From the NCBI GenBank assembly GCA_951406725.2, contig OX597817.1, forward strand, positions 45,384,001-45,448,000: a stretch of 64,000 bases of DNA, given 5' to 3'. This document shows positions 24,311 to 38,949 of the stretch, piece after piece. Each line of letters starts with the position of its first letter. Positions within the stretch are counted from its first letter, which is position 1. The DNA is from Octopus vulgaris (lineage: Eukaryota). Below the pieces are notes generated by a model. It was given only the letters and a program-made list of their open reading frames with translations. It did not search any database and was not told the DNA's origin. Both the position numbers and the translations under genes were made by a program.

Positions 24311-24585
24311 TTTATATATATATATATATATATATCTGCGTATATATGTATATACATATATGTATGTGTATATGTGTACGCATACATTCGTTGGTGGCAA
24401 AACAAAGACGAATGAGGAGATTCGCATTGAACAATAGTTTGCCCGGTCACATGCTTTCACAAATACCACTTATAGTATTATGTATAAAATATATACTTAT
24501 ACACACACCAACGAACATAAGTTCATATCAATTTATGCAGTTCTTATGTCTAGTGTAGGCGTAGCTACCCATGCGAATTGATCAG

Positions 24586-24621
<36 letters not shown>

Positions 24622-25999
24622 AGAGAGAGAGAGAGATGCATATTCACATGTATATTGGCATAAATATATACGTATGTGCATGTTCGTGTTTAGATCACAC
24701 AGAACGTGACTATCTATGCACATATAATTTTGTTCTATATCTCCATGGAAACCCTGCAGGTCCAGATTATGTATCAGAATGAAGACAGAAAATTCAGTAA
24801 ATAATTGTGTAGTATTTTCACATCATTTTTCTGGTACAATTCCCGCCAAATATAGATTTTTACTTCGACATTGTCCAAAATAATCAATACATATTTCAAT
24901 TCAGGTTATTAACAGTTAACTACCGGTTCCGCTCGGTTCTGAATACATATTTTCTCTTCGATGAACATTCATTAAATGTTTAAATAAAGCAAATCCTATT
25001 CTTTTCAAATCATATTTGAAAACGTTGAAAGCAAGTCTTCTTTTTTAACTCACTATAGCGGATATAGTTGATAAACAATTTACGTAATATTATAGAAACT
25101 GCATAACATTATATAATTTGAAAGCGAAAGATGGCCTAGTTAATGACAAGATGGTAGACAGTTAAAACATTCTCTCTTTGGCGTCCATCACAACTGGCAA
25201 TAGCTTTTGTATATCTATCTCTAAGTACTCAATCTATGTGCCATCAACCAGGCTATTTAACAGACCAATGGCTCCTCACCTTGCAGGATGAAATAAAATC
25301 ATTGATTTTTTCTCTAGATTAGCTTTTCTATTATTAAACTTCATTACACATAGTCGTCGTTGATAAACGTGGTTTATATATCATTTCATTTTTTCCGCTT
25401 TCTTGAAGAGAAGATAATAACAGTTTTGCAATAATGTGTCAACATTTGTTTGTCGAAAACCCAATAACCAATGTGCTATACCTTAATTTATATTTCCCAG
25501 CCCTTTTGTATTTTCATGAATGTAATGCATGAATGCTTTCAGCAACTGAAAGTAATCGTAAATTTGAAAACAAATTTCAGAGACTCAACTCTATACGCCC
25601 TTATGCGAGGTCCGAATCCATTCAGTTAGTTGCTGTCAAAATTGAAAACAGGTACCTTAATTGCAAGCTTCAATCAGTTGTTGCAAATAAGATCTACAAT
25701 GATCAGGTTGTAATTATAATTTTATATTCCAATTATTTCTTTTTAATGTATGAAGGAATTAGTCTATACTACCACGGCATTGACGGGCGGATTTACTAAT
25801 GAGAAAATATAAAATTCTTATATATCGTCAACGAAACAACAAAGGAAAAAAACCAAGTAGAGCATACATGGTGCCGAAAGGCAAATACCATTCTACTTGT
25901 CCATCATATCCATAAAACATAGAGTTCGATCTCAGGATCTCTTCTTCCTGAGTAGTAAAATTATTCATACTGACGAAAGATTAATACGTTCCTTTTCTG

Positions 26000-26220
26000 T
26001 TACTCTCTACTCCGGAGCATCGCCTTTAGTCGAGCAAAGTGACCCCGGGACTTATTCTTTGTAAGCCTAGCACTTATTCGATCGCTCACTTTTGCCGAAC
26101 AGCTAAGTTACGGGGACGTAAACACACCAGCATCGGTTGTCAAGCGATGTTGAGGGGGGGACACAAACATAGACACACAAACTTATACACATACATACAT
26201 ACATACACACACAGACACAA

Positions 26221-26289
<69 letters not shown>

Positions 26290-26445
26290 TACATACATAC
26301 GACGGGTTTCTTTCAGTCTCCGTCTACCAAATCCACTCACAAGGCTTTGGTCGGCTCGAAGCTATAGTAGAAGACACTTGCCCAAGATGCCACGATGTGG
26401 GACTGAACGCAGAACCATGTGGTTCGTAAGCAAGCTACTAACCAT
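26000..26445 (-). mobile_element. SINE family A
   Basis: Matches family A body and tail with a central (CA)/(TA) tract. The extreme head is missing. Confidence 0.9.
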
Positions 26446-27449
26446 TTAAATATGTACGAATTTGAATACAGGAAGTGTCAGAATTATATTTCTGAAATGA
26501 AAACCACTATAGAGATAAGTCCCTAATTAATAACAAGATGGCTGACAAGAATATCATTAGCAGAACACAGAATAATGAACCATGCATTACATTGCATCGG
26601 TAGCGCACATTTTCTTAGAATGTAAATAAATATATAACGTGTGTGATGAATAGAAAGAATCTACACACACAACAGGCTATGATGACTATTAGTACACATC
26701 TTTTAATTAATCCACGTTACAAAAGATTCGCAACCATAATATCAACAGTAGCGTTGCAAGGATTGCGTTAGTAAGATAAAATTGTTTCTACATCAGTCTT
26801 TTTGATACCATTGTTATATAAGAACGGAAGCCTTATCGAAAATGTATTGAGCTGAGATACTTGTGTTTAAACAACAATTGAGTATTTCGAAATTGCGCAT
26901 ATTTTTACAGGATTCACACGTTCATATCAAAACTGTGTATCAATTACTCTAGGAATTACAAATCTGATGTCTGAAAGATATATACGTTATTCACTTCATA
27001 TAATGTAAAAATCAAATTTAAGCGCCTTAGTTTTAATGAACACAAATCTCTTGCAGTTATTTTCTTATATATTTTACCACGTATATTTCTCAGTCATTTT
27101 ATATCTAAGATAAAGCGCCATACGTAGTCTGTATATATGAGGATTGTGAATGTACGTGACCTTATTGTTACAGGATTCAGTTCATAATATGAAGGTCGGG
27201 ATTGGACGTAGGGTGCATTTTGCTCCCGAGCAAGACACTTTTTTTTTATATTTGGTATGTTTAATATTTTGCAACGAGTATCAGTCGGCTTCTGGTGCTG
27301 TCTTGTCGCCTCCATACTGTAACTTTCCCAATGTTCTGCTAATTGAAATGTTGGGTGGCTGAAATGATTAAAATGGCAACTACAAACAACGGCGAATTTA
27401 TGTTACGACATATTAACTTCGTAATATAAATTCGTTTTCTACACATAGA

Positions 27450-27900
27450 AAGCGAGTTTATGTTACGAAGATGTACCCATCCGTGAGCGACTGTTGTTTG
27501 TATTGTACTCTTAAATAACATGGTTGACCATCCTTATATATGGATAAAAACGGAACGGAGTAGTAGATTAGCAGATATCTAAAGGCGGTTTCTTAGTGCC
27601 ATTGCTATAAATTGAAATGTTACTAAGGTCAAATCTACATTCCATGATTCTGTTACAGATACATAAGTCACTTATCAAATATCATGTTCGATTCAGTGCT
27701 ATATACACTAGAATACCAATGGTTATTAAGTAGAAACTCGGTAATCGCATTTTCTGCTGTTGATACATTACGATGCACTTAATTATAATTCTCCCATGGC
27801 TTCACCAGTGGAAGTCTGACAATTTTATTGCCGAAATCCAGTTCAATACACTTGCAACAGATCTAAGATCAAATACTTTAGAGTCGTCACAGTTTCATTC
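27450..27900 (-). pseudogene. Possible highly decayed hAT transposase fragment
   Basis: Minus-strand peptide QTSTGEAMGEL and a downstream VFIH weakly resemble the hAT 'TTGE.I' and 'FIHC..H' motifs. Weak by-eye match. Confidence 0.2.
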
Positions 27901-29359
27901 TTAAATCTGGTATAGTAATTTTAGAGCAGCATTTTCAATGCGTCCTTAATTGAGACGCCTGGGTTATCTTATCAAAAGTACCTCATGAAAAGATCAAATA
28001 TAAAAGCTCATTCAGTGGCTTAGCATATATTCGCACATATATTAGGATTTATTTCTGAACACATCCAATACCTTTACAGCCGCGTAATTATTTTATATTT
28101 ATTTACTGTATATGAATGAAAGTAACAGTTAATGCCTGTTTGTTGGTAATTGGTTGTTGTAGGCTGTTTTAATTAAATTGATCAATTTAGTTATAAAATT
28201 TTACAAATGAATGTTAATTATTTGAAGGTAAAATTTAACGAGCAATTGTTGACATTAATTGCGAAATATTAGCATTGGACCTGTTAGAGGCTTCAAAACA
28301 AATAATTTAAATGTCTTTTACTGTATAACGCAATATCTCAAAGTATGATCCTAATAAGCATGCTTCCTTAAGCATTGGAGCTATTTTAACGAAACTAAAG
28401 TAGGAAGCCTATACTCAACGTTAATTTCTCTGGGATTCTAAGGATTCTTTCTCTAAAAATTATTCTACATCTAACTGCTTAACATACTACCATACACACA
28501 AACACACTCAGACATACACATACACAAACACATATACATACGCAAGTATTTATGTGTGTGTGTATGTACATGAGTTCTCTCTCCTTTTTGACTTAAAATC
28601 AATTTTGACTGGCTAGCTGCTGGTTAGCACAGCTGTGAAGGCAAGCATCTTGTCCTATTCCTCATCCTGTAAATCTTAAGAAGGTTTTGCGCATTTTTAT
28701 TGTCCCACATATTGTAATCATTTGTAGTGTATGAACAAGGGATTTGTGTTCTCTCCCCACACGACAAGGTACCACGTTCGTCCATATTTGGCTCCAGATG
28801 TGCTGCTTTTTATCATGTTCCAATAATAATAAGCATGAAGCTGGAGGTTTATGAGGGCTACTGGATCTCCGAATTCACCATCAATGGGCCACGTATGTGT
28901 ATGTATGTAGTATGTATATTTGCGTATGCTTACCTAAATATCGGTGTGTATGTATATGTGTAAACATATATATGCATGTGTGAGCGCGTGTACGATAGAG
29001 CATTGTGTAAATCACCCGGGCCAATTTTCTTTTTCTTTCTATGGAATCGACAAAGAAATTACAAACCAAGCACTGGGGCAGTCGGTTATTTCAAAAGCAT
29101 TCCCATAATTGGCCAAGCTAGTGAAGCCACAGTTTGCGTGTATATCTGATCTCAGTTGCATAGGAGTGTAAATCTGCTAATGAAAATTTGCAGCCAAACT
29201 TTTCTCACTAAGGAATTCTGCATGTTACCGTCATGCGTGTACAGATGACTAATAAACCCTATTCGACCACTATATATTTTCTAAGTCTGAGGACAGATAA
29301 ATCTGGAAAATAGAACGCGTTGAGCATTTGGAAGCGTATTTTTCAATTGTTTTTGCTCA

Positions 29360-29520
29360 TGCGCTGTGTAGTAAGTAGCGTGCTTACGAACCGCATGGTT
29401 CTGGGTTCAGTGCCACTGCGTTGCACCTTGGGCAAGTGTCTTCTACTATAGTCTCGGCTGACCAAAACCTTGTGAGTGGATTTGGTAGACGGAAACTGAA
29501 AGAAACCCGTCGTATATATC

Positions 29521-29551
<31 letters not shown>

Positions 29552-29785
29552 GTATGTGCGTGTATATACTTGTGTGTCTGTATCTGTGCCCCCAACATCG
29601 CTTGATAACCGATGCTGGTGTGGTTGCGTCCCCGTAACTTAGAAGTTCGGCAAAAGAGACCAATAGAATAAGTACTAAGCTTACAAAGAATAAGTCCTGG
29701 GATTGATTTGCTCGACTAAAATCGGTGCTCCAGCATGGCCACAGTCAAATGATTGAAAAAGTAAAAGAGAATAAAGGAAAAAGAG
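29360..29785 (+). mobile_element. SINE family A
   Basis: Family A head, ccttgggcaagtgtcttctactatag core, microsatellite and tail. Confidence 0.9.
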
Positions 29786-30026
29786 GTCTCACTGAAAATG
29801 TTTAGAAAAATATTATCGTCAAAATTATGGATCACGAACCATAACGTTAGAGCTTTGAATCTTATAAAATATGATGAGGCTTTATATTGTATATTGATAA
29901 CAAAGAATTACTGCGAAGATTACCTAAAGTCCTTTCAATCCCATAAAACCGTTTCAAAAGAAGCAAACTTACATTATATGTTTATTCAATTCCATGCAAA
30001 CGTTCGCGTGGTATATTTTCATATAA

Positions 30027-30259
30027 GGCGGCGAGCTGGCAGAAACGTTAGCACGCCGTTCGAAATGCGTAGCCGTATTTAGTCTGCCGTTACCTTCTGA
30101 GTTCAAATTCTACCGAGATCGACTTTGCCTTTCATCCTTTCAGGGTCAATAAAACAAGTACCAGTTACGCACTGGGGTTGATATAATCGACTTCATCCGT
30201 TTGTCTGTCCTTGTTTGTCCTCTCTGTGTGTAGCCCCTTGTGGGTATTAATGAAATAGA
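30027..30259 (+). mobile_element. SINE family B with probable target-site duplication
   Basis: Full-length copy; tatattttcat occurs on both flanks (~30012 and ~30260). Confidence 0.9.
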
Positions 30260-31849
30260 TATATTTTCATGTTTCTGTGGTTTACTACTATCAAAACGTT
30301 TTAGGAGATATGAAATGAGATTTCAGATTCTGCAGGATGTATCATCTGACTGAGAGGTTTAATTATTATCCCACAGTGTTATTTGAGATATGAACAAGAT
30401 CCGCAATGAATTCATTCTAATTAAATTCTTTTTCATTAAGATATTGGCAAAGATTGTGCTTCTGTAATTGGAATCGTTGTTTTTCTTGAGTAGTTTACAA
30501 TGCATGTGTGTCAAGGGTATCATTTGAAATAGATAATTTCTAACACTAATTATACGCAGAAGTTTGCATATATGAATGTGTGGATATGCACATACACACA
30601 CGCACATGCACGCGCGCGCGCACACACACGCATACACACACAGAAACACATATGCATATCCGATGTTTAATTGTAGATAATTATAGCCATGTTGGTGCCC
30701 AATAAATAGGACGACAACAGACATCTTTTCTATTAAAGTTGTAAAATATTCTCACAGTAACGAACATAATTTTTCTGACGCGATGTTTCAAAATTTAAAA
30801 CAAATATCACGAGTTTCCTTAAAAGCAAGACGTCAATTAATAACAGAAAAAAAAAAACAACAGAATTTAAAACATTTTGATGTTAATGCTAATAGCAAGA
30901 TTTTTCCCTCAATTTTTTTACAAATATACTTTTATTTTAGTTAATTAGCTCGCGGCTATCAACAGCCTATCTGTCTTTGCTGTGTCTGATGTAAGTTTTC
31001 TTCCCATCATTTTAAATATCATACCATTCTTATACCGATTATAAACAATTTTTACACAAATTTGTTGATCAGATGCTCCACTGATTTTTCGACTTCTAAT
31101 GCCAGATATAAAGTTGAAACAGAATAATTAATGATATATTTTTTCAATGGGTTTTAAGATGCTTTCATCCTCCTGGTTCATTAAAAAAAAAATTATACTA
31201 GTCTAAAACTACTTGCATCAACATCATTACCTCCACAACGAGAACAGAGCCAAGAAATAAAACAGAATTTGAATAAACGAATATTTTAATAAACAGTCAA
31301 ATGAACTTAGAATTAGAAAGAAAATGCATTCGTTCAATAAAGACAGAGTCAATGAAGAAAACGTCTTGAATTTATCAATAATAATTGTAAGATTATAAAT
31401 TATAAATTGATTTCTTCAAATTATTATGACTAATTAGACATGGAGTGTATATAACAAAAACGATAATTCGAACAGTAAAGACGAAGATGTTACTGCTAAA
31501 GGAGTGGGCGATAATGGTCATGATGATGATGCTATTATTGACTATAAAAATAATACTATTAATAAGATTAACGACGAGTACAGCAAAAGCAAGAAACAAA
31601 TTTAGCAACAACAATAACGATATAGTCGCAATGTTCATGTTTGATTAAATGTGAAAGCGTAAGAACCACTTAACAGAGAAAAGTTTTAATGAGAAATAAA
31701 AAGAAAAGATTGGAAGGATATTTATTACTATTACTGTATGGGTTAGACTAATGACTATATGTATCTCTTGTAAAGAAGTTACAAAAGAAACACTGACTCA
31801 GAAGTAGAAATACTTGTTTTAAATCATGTCTTCTAAAATACATAATAAT

Positions 31850-32287
31850 ATGATAATAATAATGAAATTATTGTATACAGTGCTCAGGTGCACCACAACT
31901 TGTCAAAAACGCGTATAAAGCATATGCATTAATGTACAAATATTTGGGAAGTGAACAGCGTATGAGTCAGATACATGCTTGTGTGTGTATGGAGGGGAGA
32001 AAATCAGGTATAGTTTTGGCGAATCTCAGGAAGCATGGAAGTTTTGAAGGATGCAGTGCTCCGACAACTAACAACTGATGCCGGCAGATTGTTCCATGCT
32101 TCAGCAAGTCTTAGCGTGAAGAAATGTTTCCGAAAGTCATGGAGCTGTGTTGTTTTCTGACTTTGTAAACATGTCCACGGGTGTTAGACAGGTGGAGTTT
32201 GAAAAGGTGCTCAGAGTTATTGTTAGTAAGATGGTTAATAATTTTATGGGTTTCTGCCAAGTCAGCTGCCAAACGTCGGAGTTTCAT
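31850..32287 (-). mobile_element. CR1-like LINE 3' end
   Basis: Minus-strand peptide LRRLAADLAETHKIINHLTNNNSEHLFKLHLSNTRGHVYKVRKQ, then FRKHFFTLRLAEAWNNLPASVV, 3' UTR and an (ATT)n tail. Confidence 0.85.
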
Positions 32288-32600
32288 AATGTATAATATT
32301 GAAAGAGACGGTAGAGTTAGAATATATGTGTAGGAAATGAATTTGTGAGAGACTGCGAAATATTTAGGAATAGAATAAAATGTATATGTCTGAATATTAT
32401 TGAGTAAAATGTTGAACTGGAAACCATTAAAATTAGGTAAAATAGTTGAAGATCGTTAAGGTACCGAAAGACAGAGAATTAGTAAAGTAAAGGAAATTAG
32501 AGGACGGGATTCAGAGAAAAAGAGATAGAAGACAAAGAGTGATAACAGAATTGGTAGATGAACCGAAAAATAATCGAAGGGGAAATTAGAATATAACTTA

Positions 32601-33106
32601 TCTATATATATAAAACTGTAGTTGTGTGAGTATCTGTCCCCTTCGATTTAGATTCCTAACTACTCCCACATTTTGCGGTGCAGTTTAACCAAATTCGGGT
32701 ATCTTATAGTCGTGATTCATATCGAGCCCGACTGAGTATTAGCGCGCGTCTACGATGAGTCTACGATTTTAAAAATAATTTAACAAAATTTTTTATTCCA
32801 TTTTAATGCATCATTTTTCGTGTGTCGATGGCGGCGGAGTTGGCGTCCATGGTCACACCTGCACCTGTTTGCTTTTCCCCATTCTTCCCTCCCTCGTGAA
32901 GCTGTGGGGAAGGGAGTGTAAGGAAATCAACCTCGTTGTCAAGGAGACCAGCGTTCTTTTAGAACAACGACTTCATGGCTTGAAGACACCAAAACAGAAA
33001 TGGCTAAGAAAGCCCGAATTGGCATCTAAAAGGGAAGTAACTCTCTAAAAATGCTTATATAGTTATTTCCCTTACAAACCCGAGCAACGCCGGGCGATAC
33101 TACTAG
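32601..33106 (+). mobile_element. Non-autonomous Helitron
   Basis: A|TCTATATA start; cccgagcaacgccggg hairpin and CTAG|T end. Confidence 0.8.
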
Positions 33107-33184
33107 TAGAAAATAAAAATAACTGCGAATAACAAGGGAGACAAATGTAGAGAGAAAATTCATGGAAGAGGAAGAACGAGTAAC

Positions 33185-33457
33185 TCTCTCTTTACACCTT
33201 TACTCTTTTACTTGTTTCAGTCATTTGTTTGTGTCCATGCTGGTGCACCACCTTTAGTCGAGCAAATCGGCCCCAGGACTTATTCTTTGTAAGCCTAGTA
33301 CTTATTCTATCGGTTACTTTGGCCGAACCGCTAAGTTACGGAGACGTAAGCACACCAGCATCGGTTGTGAAGCAATGTCGAGGTGGGGGGGCAACCACAG
33401 ACACACAAACATATACATACATACATTCATACATACATACATACATACATACATACA

Positions 33458-33493
<36 letters not shown>

Positions 33494-33657
33494 CGACGGT
33501 CTTCTTTCAGTTTCCGTCTACCAAATCCACTCACAAGGCTTTGGTCGGCTCGAGGCTATAGTAGAAGACATTTGCCGAAGGAACAACGCAGTGAGAATGA
33601 ACACAGAAACACATGGTTGGTAGGTAAGCTACGTAGCACATAGCCACTTCTACGCCT
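33185..33657 (-). mobile_element. SINE family A
   Basis: Full-length family A copy with a central (CATA)n tract. Confidence 0.9.
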
Positions 33658-34382
33658 ATAGGAGTGAAAAAATAGGAAATAAAGGAAGACTTGGAGATAT
33701 GGATGTGATAATCAAGCTACAAAATGTCAAAACAATACACATCTTTACCAAACAATTGTCCCTGTTTTTACACCTGTATTATTTCACATTCGACCAGGTA
33801 GAAATAGCAGGCAAATATTCTCGAAATAACCATACTAACTAATGCTTTAAGAAATAACAAGTTGTAAACCGTAGTCACGGCCATCCTACAGACAACGAGA
33901 ATAGCTCTATCTGGAATGCCTACTATGGAGTAATGTGCACTGCGTGTACATGTTATTCAATATATATGAAATAACAAGTTTAAATAGACATTTACTCCAT
34001 CTTTCGAAAATATTCTTAAAATGCTGCTCTTTGTTGCGGACGCAATTTGTAGCATTTTTGTCGCCATTACTCACATCTTTATTGGTTATCATTTTCTCTT
34101 AATGCAACACCAGTTGCTTATTTGAATGAAGTATTTATCAGAACTTCAGTGTAGAAGTTCTACGGCTAAAATATTGATGAAACCTTATCTTCCCAAGAGG
34201 AGCAGTAGACTATAAACACGGCCTCCCAGAAACAAAATTTCAAAACCATACTTTGTAAACTCACCGTAAAGGTTACATTATTTGTACAATGCAGAAAATA
34301 TATCATTAATGTTGAATAAATGGAGATGTACTTCCATAGCAAGTGACCTGATCTGAGTTCGTGTGCTGGAACGAAAGCAATT

Positions 34383-34654
34383 GCAGCGTGGAAGGTGCTG
34401 ATAAGCCATTTAAGAAACACACAAAATCCGTTAGACTCATTTCATCAATTTAAATTAATTTGTCAAAATATTTTCGTTACTTTGAGACCGCGAACCGTTC
34501 ACTGACAAAATTCAGTGCAGCATGGATCATTGTCAGTGAACAGGTCGCGGTCTCAAAGCGACGAAAATATTTTAACAAACGAAATTTAAAAGTTAAAGTG
34601 AATCTAACGGATTATGTGTGTTTTTAAATGGCTTATAAACACCTTCAACACTGC
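34383..34654. repeat. Fold-back palindrome (~270 bp) with hammerhead-like motifs in both arms
   Basis: Arms ~34383-34508 and ~34530-34654 are diverged reverse complements. Confidence 0.9.
34530..34578 (+). ncRNA. Candidate minimal hammerhead, G3:C8 variant
   Basis: TTGTCA-GTGAACA-G-GTCGC(ggtctcaaa)GCGAC-GAAAATATTT-TAACAA. The mirror arm (34460-34508, minus) has a perfect stem I, TTGTCA/TGACAA. Confidence 0.5.
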
Positions 34655-34807
34655 CATCGGTTGCATAAATGATGTCTTTATTAAGAAATTCCCTGAAACT
34701 GGGTCAACGGGAATTATGTATATTAAACACAGCATACAGTTAAAATACAACACAACTGTTTCACATAAATTGGACCTGCATTGTTTTAAATTACTGTAGA
34801 AATAGTA

Positions 34808-34978
34808 GGCGCAGGAATGGGTGTGTTGTAAGTAGCTTACTTACCAACCACATGGTTCTGGGTTCATTCCCACTGCGTGGCACCTTGGCCAAGTGTCTTC
34901 TAATATAGCCTCGTACCGACCAAAGCCTTGTGAGTGGATTTGGTAGACAGAAACTGAAAGTACCCTGTCGTATATATG

Positions 34979-35051
<73 letters not shown>

Positions 35052-35260
35052 CTGTCTGTGTTTGTCTCCCAAACATCGCTTGCCAACCGATGCTGGTGTA
35101 TTTAGCTCCCCATAACTTAGCGATTCGGCAAACAATACCGATAAAATAAGTACTAGGCTTCAAAAAAATGAGTCCTGCGGTCGATTTGCTCGACTAAAGG
35201 CGGTGCTCCAGCATGGCCGCAGTCAAATGACTGAAACAAGTAAAAGAGTAAAAGAGAGTA
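34808..35260 (+). mobile_element. SINE family A
   Basis: Starts ggcgcaggaatggg and ends gtaaaagagtaaaagagag. Confidence 0.9.
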
Positions 35261-36813
35261 AACGATTTTAGACAGAAAAATCACCATAGCATTTAAATAT
35301 TAATGGAAATAATGGTGTCAAGCTGGTAGATTCGCCAGCACATCGATCAAAGAACTTACTTGAAATTCACCTGCGATCGTCCTTACCTTTCATCCATTCG
35401 AGTTAGTTAAAACAAGTACCAATTGAGCACTGGACTCGATTTCATTGACTAATCTTTTATCTCGAATTTGGTGGCCTTGTCTAAAAATTTGAAAGTAATA
35501 TTACCGGGGTTAATCCTATGTCTTCTAGTCAAACCAAAATGCCTGAATGCATTCCAGTTAATAGCATACATGACAAGACAGATATCAGGCTATTCAAGAG
35601 CATGATTTAAAGAACATTTTTAGATGCGGATGTTATCTTTAAAAGACGAATTCGTAGATTTGTTAAAAAAACAGTTGGAATGTACTGCGAAAGTCCTGAT
35701 GTCCTTGAGCGCTATGAGTTCATATAGTACGGAAGAAAACATGATTTTTCAACTTCTCGCAATAAGATAACACCAGAAAGGTAAATAGTGGAAAAGGAGA
35801 AGAATATGGAAAGAATGTGAAAGGTGCATTGTGAGAAATAATTCAACGAAAACGTAAGTCATTACAGAAATAATTCCCATCTCGTCGTCAGTTATATAAC
35901 CATTTAGTGATTCCATTATGTAATGTCCGTAAATAAAATTCATATTATAGGACTCATCGCAATGTTTTAGAGAGTGCGTTAGAGATTTCGGCCGTTTCAA
36001 GGTTTTGAGGAGTGTGAAACCAAATCTTAGCCTCAATTCTTCCCAGGTCTACGCCTACACGAAATAATACTACCTGTCAAGGTCCTAGTTGTGGGTTATT
36101 TAGTATATGCGATTGCGTACCATCTGAACACAATCACACAACCACCCTAGATAGTGGACCCTTACTCCACCGGCAGTAAGGTCCCACTAGATATTTTCCC
36201 AGCATCCTTCTTGGAAAGGAACAGTCCGATGTAAAACCTATGGTCTAATGTTATGAGTAATATCTCATTTTTCCCTGTCACTGAGCATTAATAGCACAGA
36301 GTGGTACATATGCTGTACGGGAGTTTGTCTCTCTAATGCAATGGCGTAAACACCTTTCTCTATGGTCATCTCATTTGTCACCCTATCTACTGAGGGTCGT
36401 ATGGCGATGGAAGAGTGGCAGCATGTGCAGATGCAACAAGTTTGAACTGCCCATTAAATTACAACATTCGTCAGTGCTCTGAATAGTGGTCTGGCATATC
36501 ATCATAGAGGGTAGGTGAAAGACACCATTGACAGGGTATCACAAAGATCTGATAACCATCTGTAAAGATGGAGCTATCACCACACAAACACACACATACA
36601 CTCATACACAGTCACACATATAACAAATTTTAAAAGAAGTCGGTTTATTAGCAATTAGAACCTAATGATAAAATTAATAGCGGGTACAAGAGTCGCGGAG
36701 GGTACTCACTAGCTCCGCTTTAGTAAAAAATAAGAGTTAGAACAACTCAAAAGCCATAGAAACACTGTGTTAATGCCTGACGAACGGAGAAAATTTGTCA
36801 GCGTATATAGTCT

Positions 36814-36863
36814 GATCGCAATTTCGGATGTTAATGGAGACAATATTAATCCTCCTCGGCGAT
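36814..36863 (-). ncRNA. Degenerate hammerhead-like motif
   Basis: Minus strand reads atcg-CCGAGGA-GGAT...ATCC-GAAAT-tgcg-ATC. Stem II pairs well; the stem I / cleavage-site register is ambiguous. Confidence 0.3.
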
Positions 36864-37069
36864 TCTTAACGTCTAGGGTTAAGCTCAACTAAACCTGTCA
36901 TTCTCTCTTTCTCTCTGTCTCTCTCTGTATATATATCTAATTCAATTAGAAGTTATAAGGCCTCATGAAATACTGGTTCAATACCTAATATTTTGGGGGG
37001 AAATTGATATCCATAGAATAATAGGTTTATATATATACGTAAATACATACATACATACATACATACATA

Positions 37070-37462
37070 CGAGTGGCTGTGTGGTAAGTAGCTTGCTAAC
37101 CAACCACATGTTTCCGGGTTCAGTCCCACTGCGTGGCACGTTGGGCAAGTGTCTTCTGCTATAGCTCCGGACCGACCAATGCCTTGTGAGTGGATTTGGT
37201 AGACGGAAACTGAAAGAAGCCTGTCGTATATATGTATACGTATGTGTGTGTGTGTGTCTGTGTGTCTGTGTTTGTCCCCCTAGCATTGCATGACAACCAA
37301 TGCTGGTGTGTTTACGTCCCCATCACTTAGCGGTTCGGCAAAAGAAACCTATAGAAAAAGTACTGGGCTTACAAACAATAAGTCCTGGGGTCGATTTGCT
37401 CGACTAAAGGCGGTGCTCCAGCATGGCCGCAGTCAAATGACTGAAACAAGTAAAAGAGTAAA

Positions 37463-37463
<1 letters not shown>
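37070..37463 (+). mobile_element. SINE family A
   Basis: Well-preserved family A copy. Confidence 0.9.
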
Positions 37464-37512
<49 letters not shown>

Positions 37513-37611
37513 TGCTTATGAGGTGTTTGGCGGGCAATTTAACTGGCCTTGTACATACGTGCATATATATGTATATATGGACGTTCGTATATGTAAGTAT
37601 AACGTTTGTTC

Positions 37612-37663
<52 letters not shown>

Positions 37664-37883
37664 TATTTATGTAGCTTGATATATTCAACCGATGACGGCA
37701 AAGCTTATTTAAAGCAAAGTTAGAAATCCTGGATCTTGAATTATTCAGTAATATTTTTGCTAGTCTATTTTGTCCCTCTGTCTTATCTCATGGTGCGATA
37801 TGAACATTTAACATGTTTTTTAGAATCAGGGATTTGACTGCTATTTTGGCATGGTGGTGTCTCTCAGAGACCCTTATTTTCAG

Positions 37884-37934
<51 letters not shown>

Positions 37935-37935
<1 letters not shown>

Positions 37936-38180
37936 TTCTTTTCTTATGTATACATTCGCTGCTTTCTTCCAATGAATCTAATGCTGGCAGGATTGGTGCA
38001 ATCTCAAGAATAATCACCGTAAATTTCGAGGATAATCTGGTGCTTGACTGAGGAAAGAAAACTTGGAATGACCCGTCCTTGTTTTTTTTGAATCGTCTAT
38101 CTCGATGTTTTGTTTGTCCCTTTTTGTATCACCTAACTGTCCGGATGTTTTGCGTTCTTGTCCCATTTTGTATTATATAT
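37935..38180 (+). mobile_element. Penelope-like fragment between (TA)n tracts
   Basis: Reverse-complement homology to 23950-24160, e.g. caatctcaagaataatca, cttgactgagga and gttttgcgttcttgtcccattttgtat. Confidence 0.5.
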
Positions 38181-38901
38181 ATATTTAGATAGATAGATAA
38201 ATACGTAATTACTTTCATAAAATTTAACGCTATTAACTATTACATGATAAGAGCAGAGAGTCATAAATAAACTGTACTTCCATACAATATACTTGGTGTT
38301 GTAAGTTCCCGTTTATTTCTGAAAAATATTTTTCGTCCGCTGAATTGTTTGCAGGAGACACATACACTGATCTCTCACAATTTTCCCATCACTTTCTCCT
38401 ATAAATATACATAAATGTACACACGAATATAACTACACTGGTTTACGTACACAAAGTTACATGTACATATATATATGTGTGTCTCTGCGTGTGTGTGTAT
38501 ATGTGTGTAAAGGAAACAGATATTTTATCGATAAATTGCAGAAAGTATCTTGGTAATGACCAATATTATATGATAAAGTTTTGACCGTATAAATAAACCC
38601 GAAAAATAATTTTGTTATTTTGTTTTTTTAACTCATAGATCTAACCAATTAATCGGAGGAGGTGTTTATTGCTGCAAGCAATTTCCAACAAAACGAGTAT
38701 TGATCTGTTTTTAGGCAATCCATCAAATGTAATTTGCTATGAAATATTAAATGATCATCGATGTGCGTCGCGTACTTGATCTTGTTTTCTCCTCTAACAA
38801 GATCGGTAGTTATTATTCCGATATATATGAGAATACATACATACGTACATACATATATATGGGTGTCTGACTGTGTAATGTTGTGTATATGTGCTCTTGT
38901 A

Positions 38902-38949
<48 letters not shown>

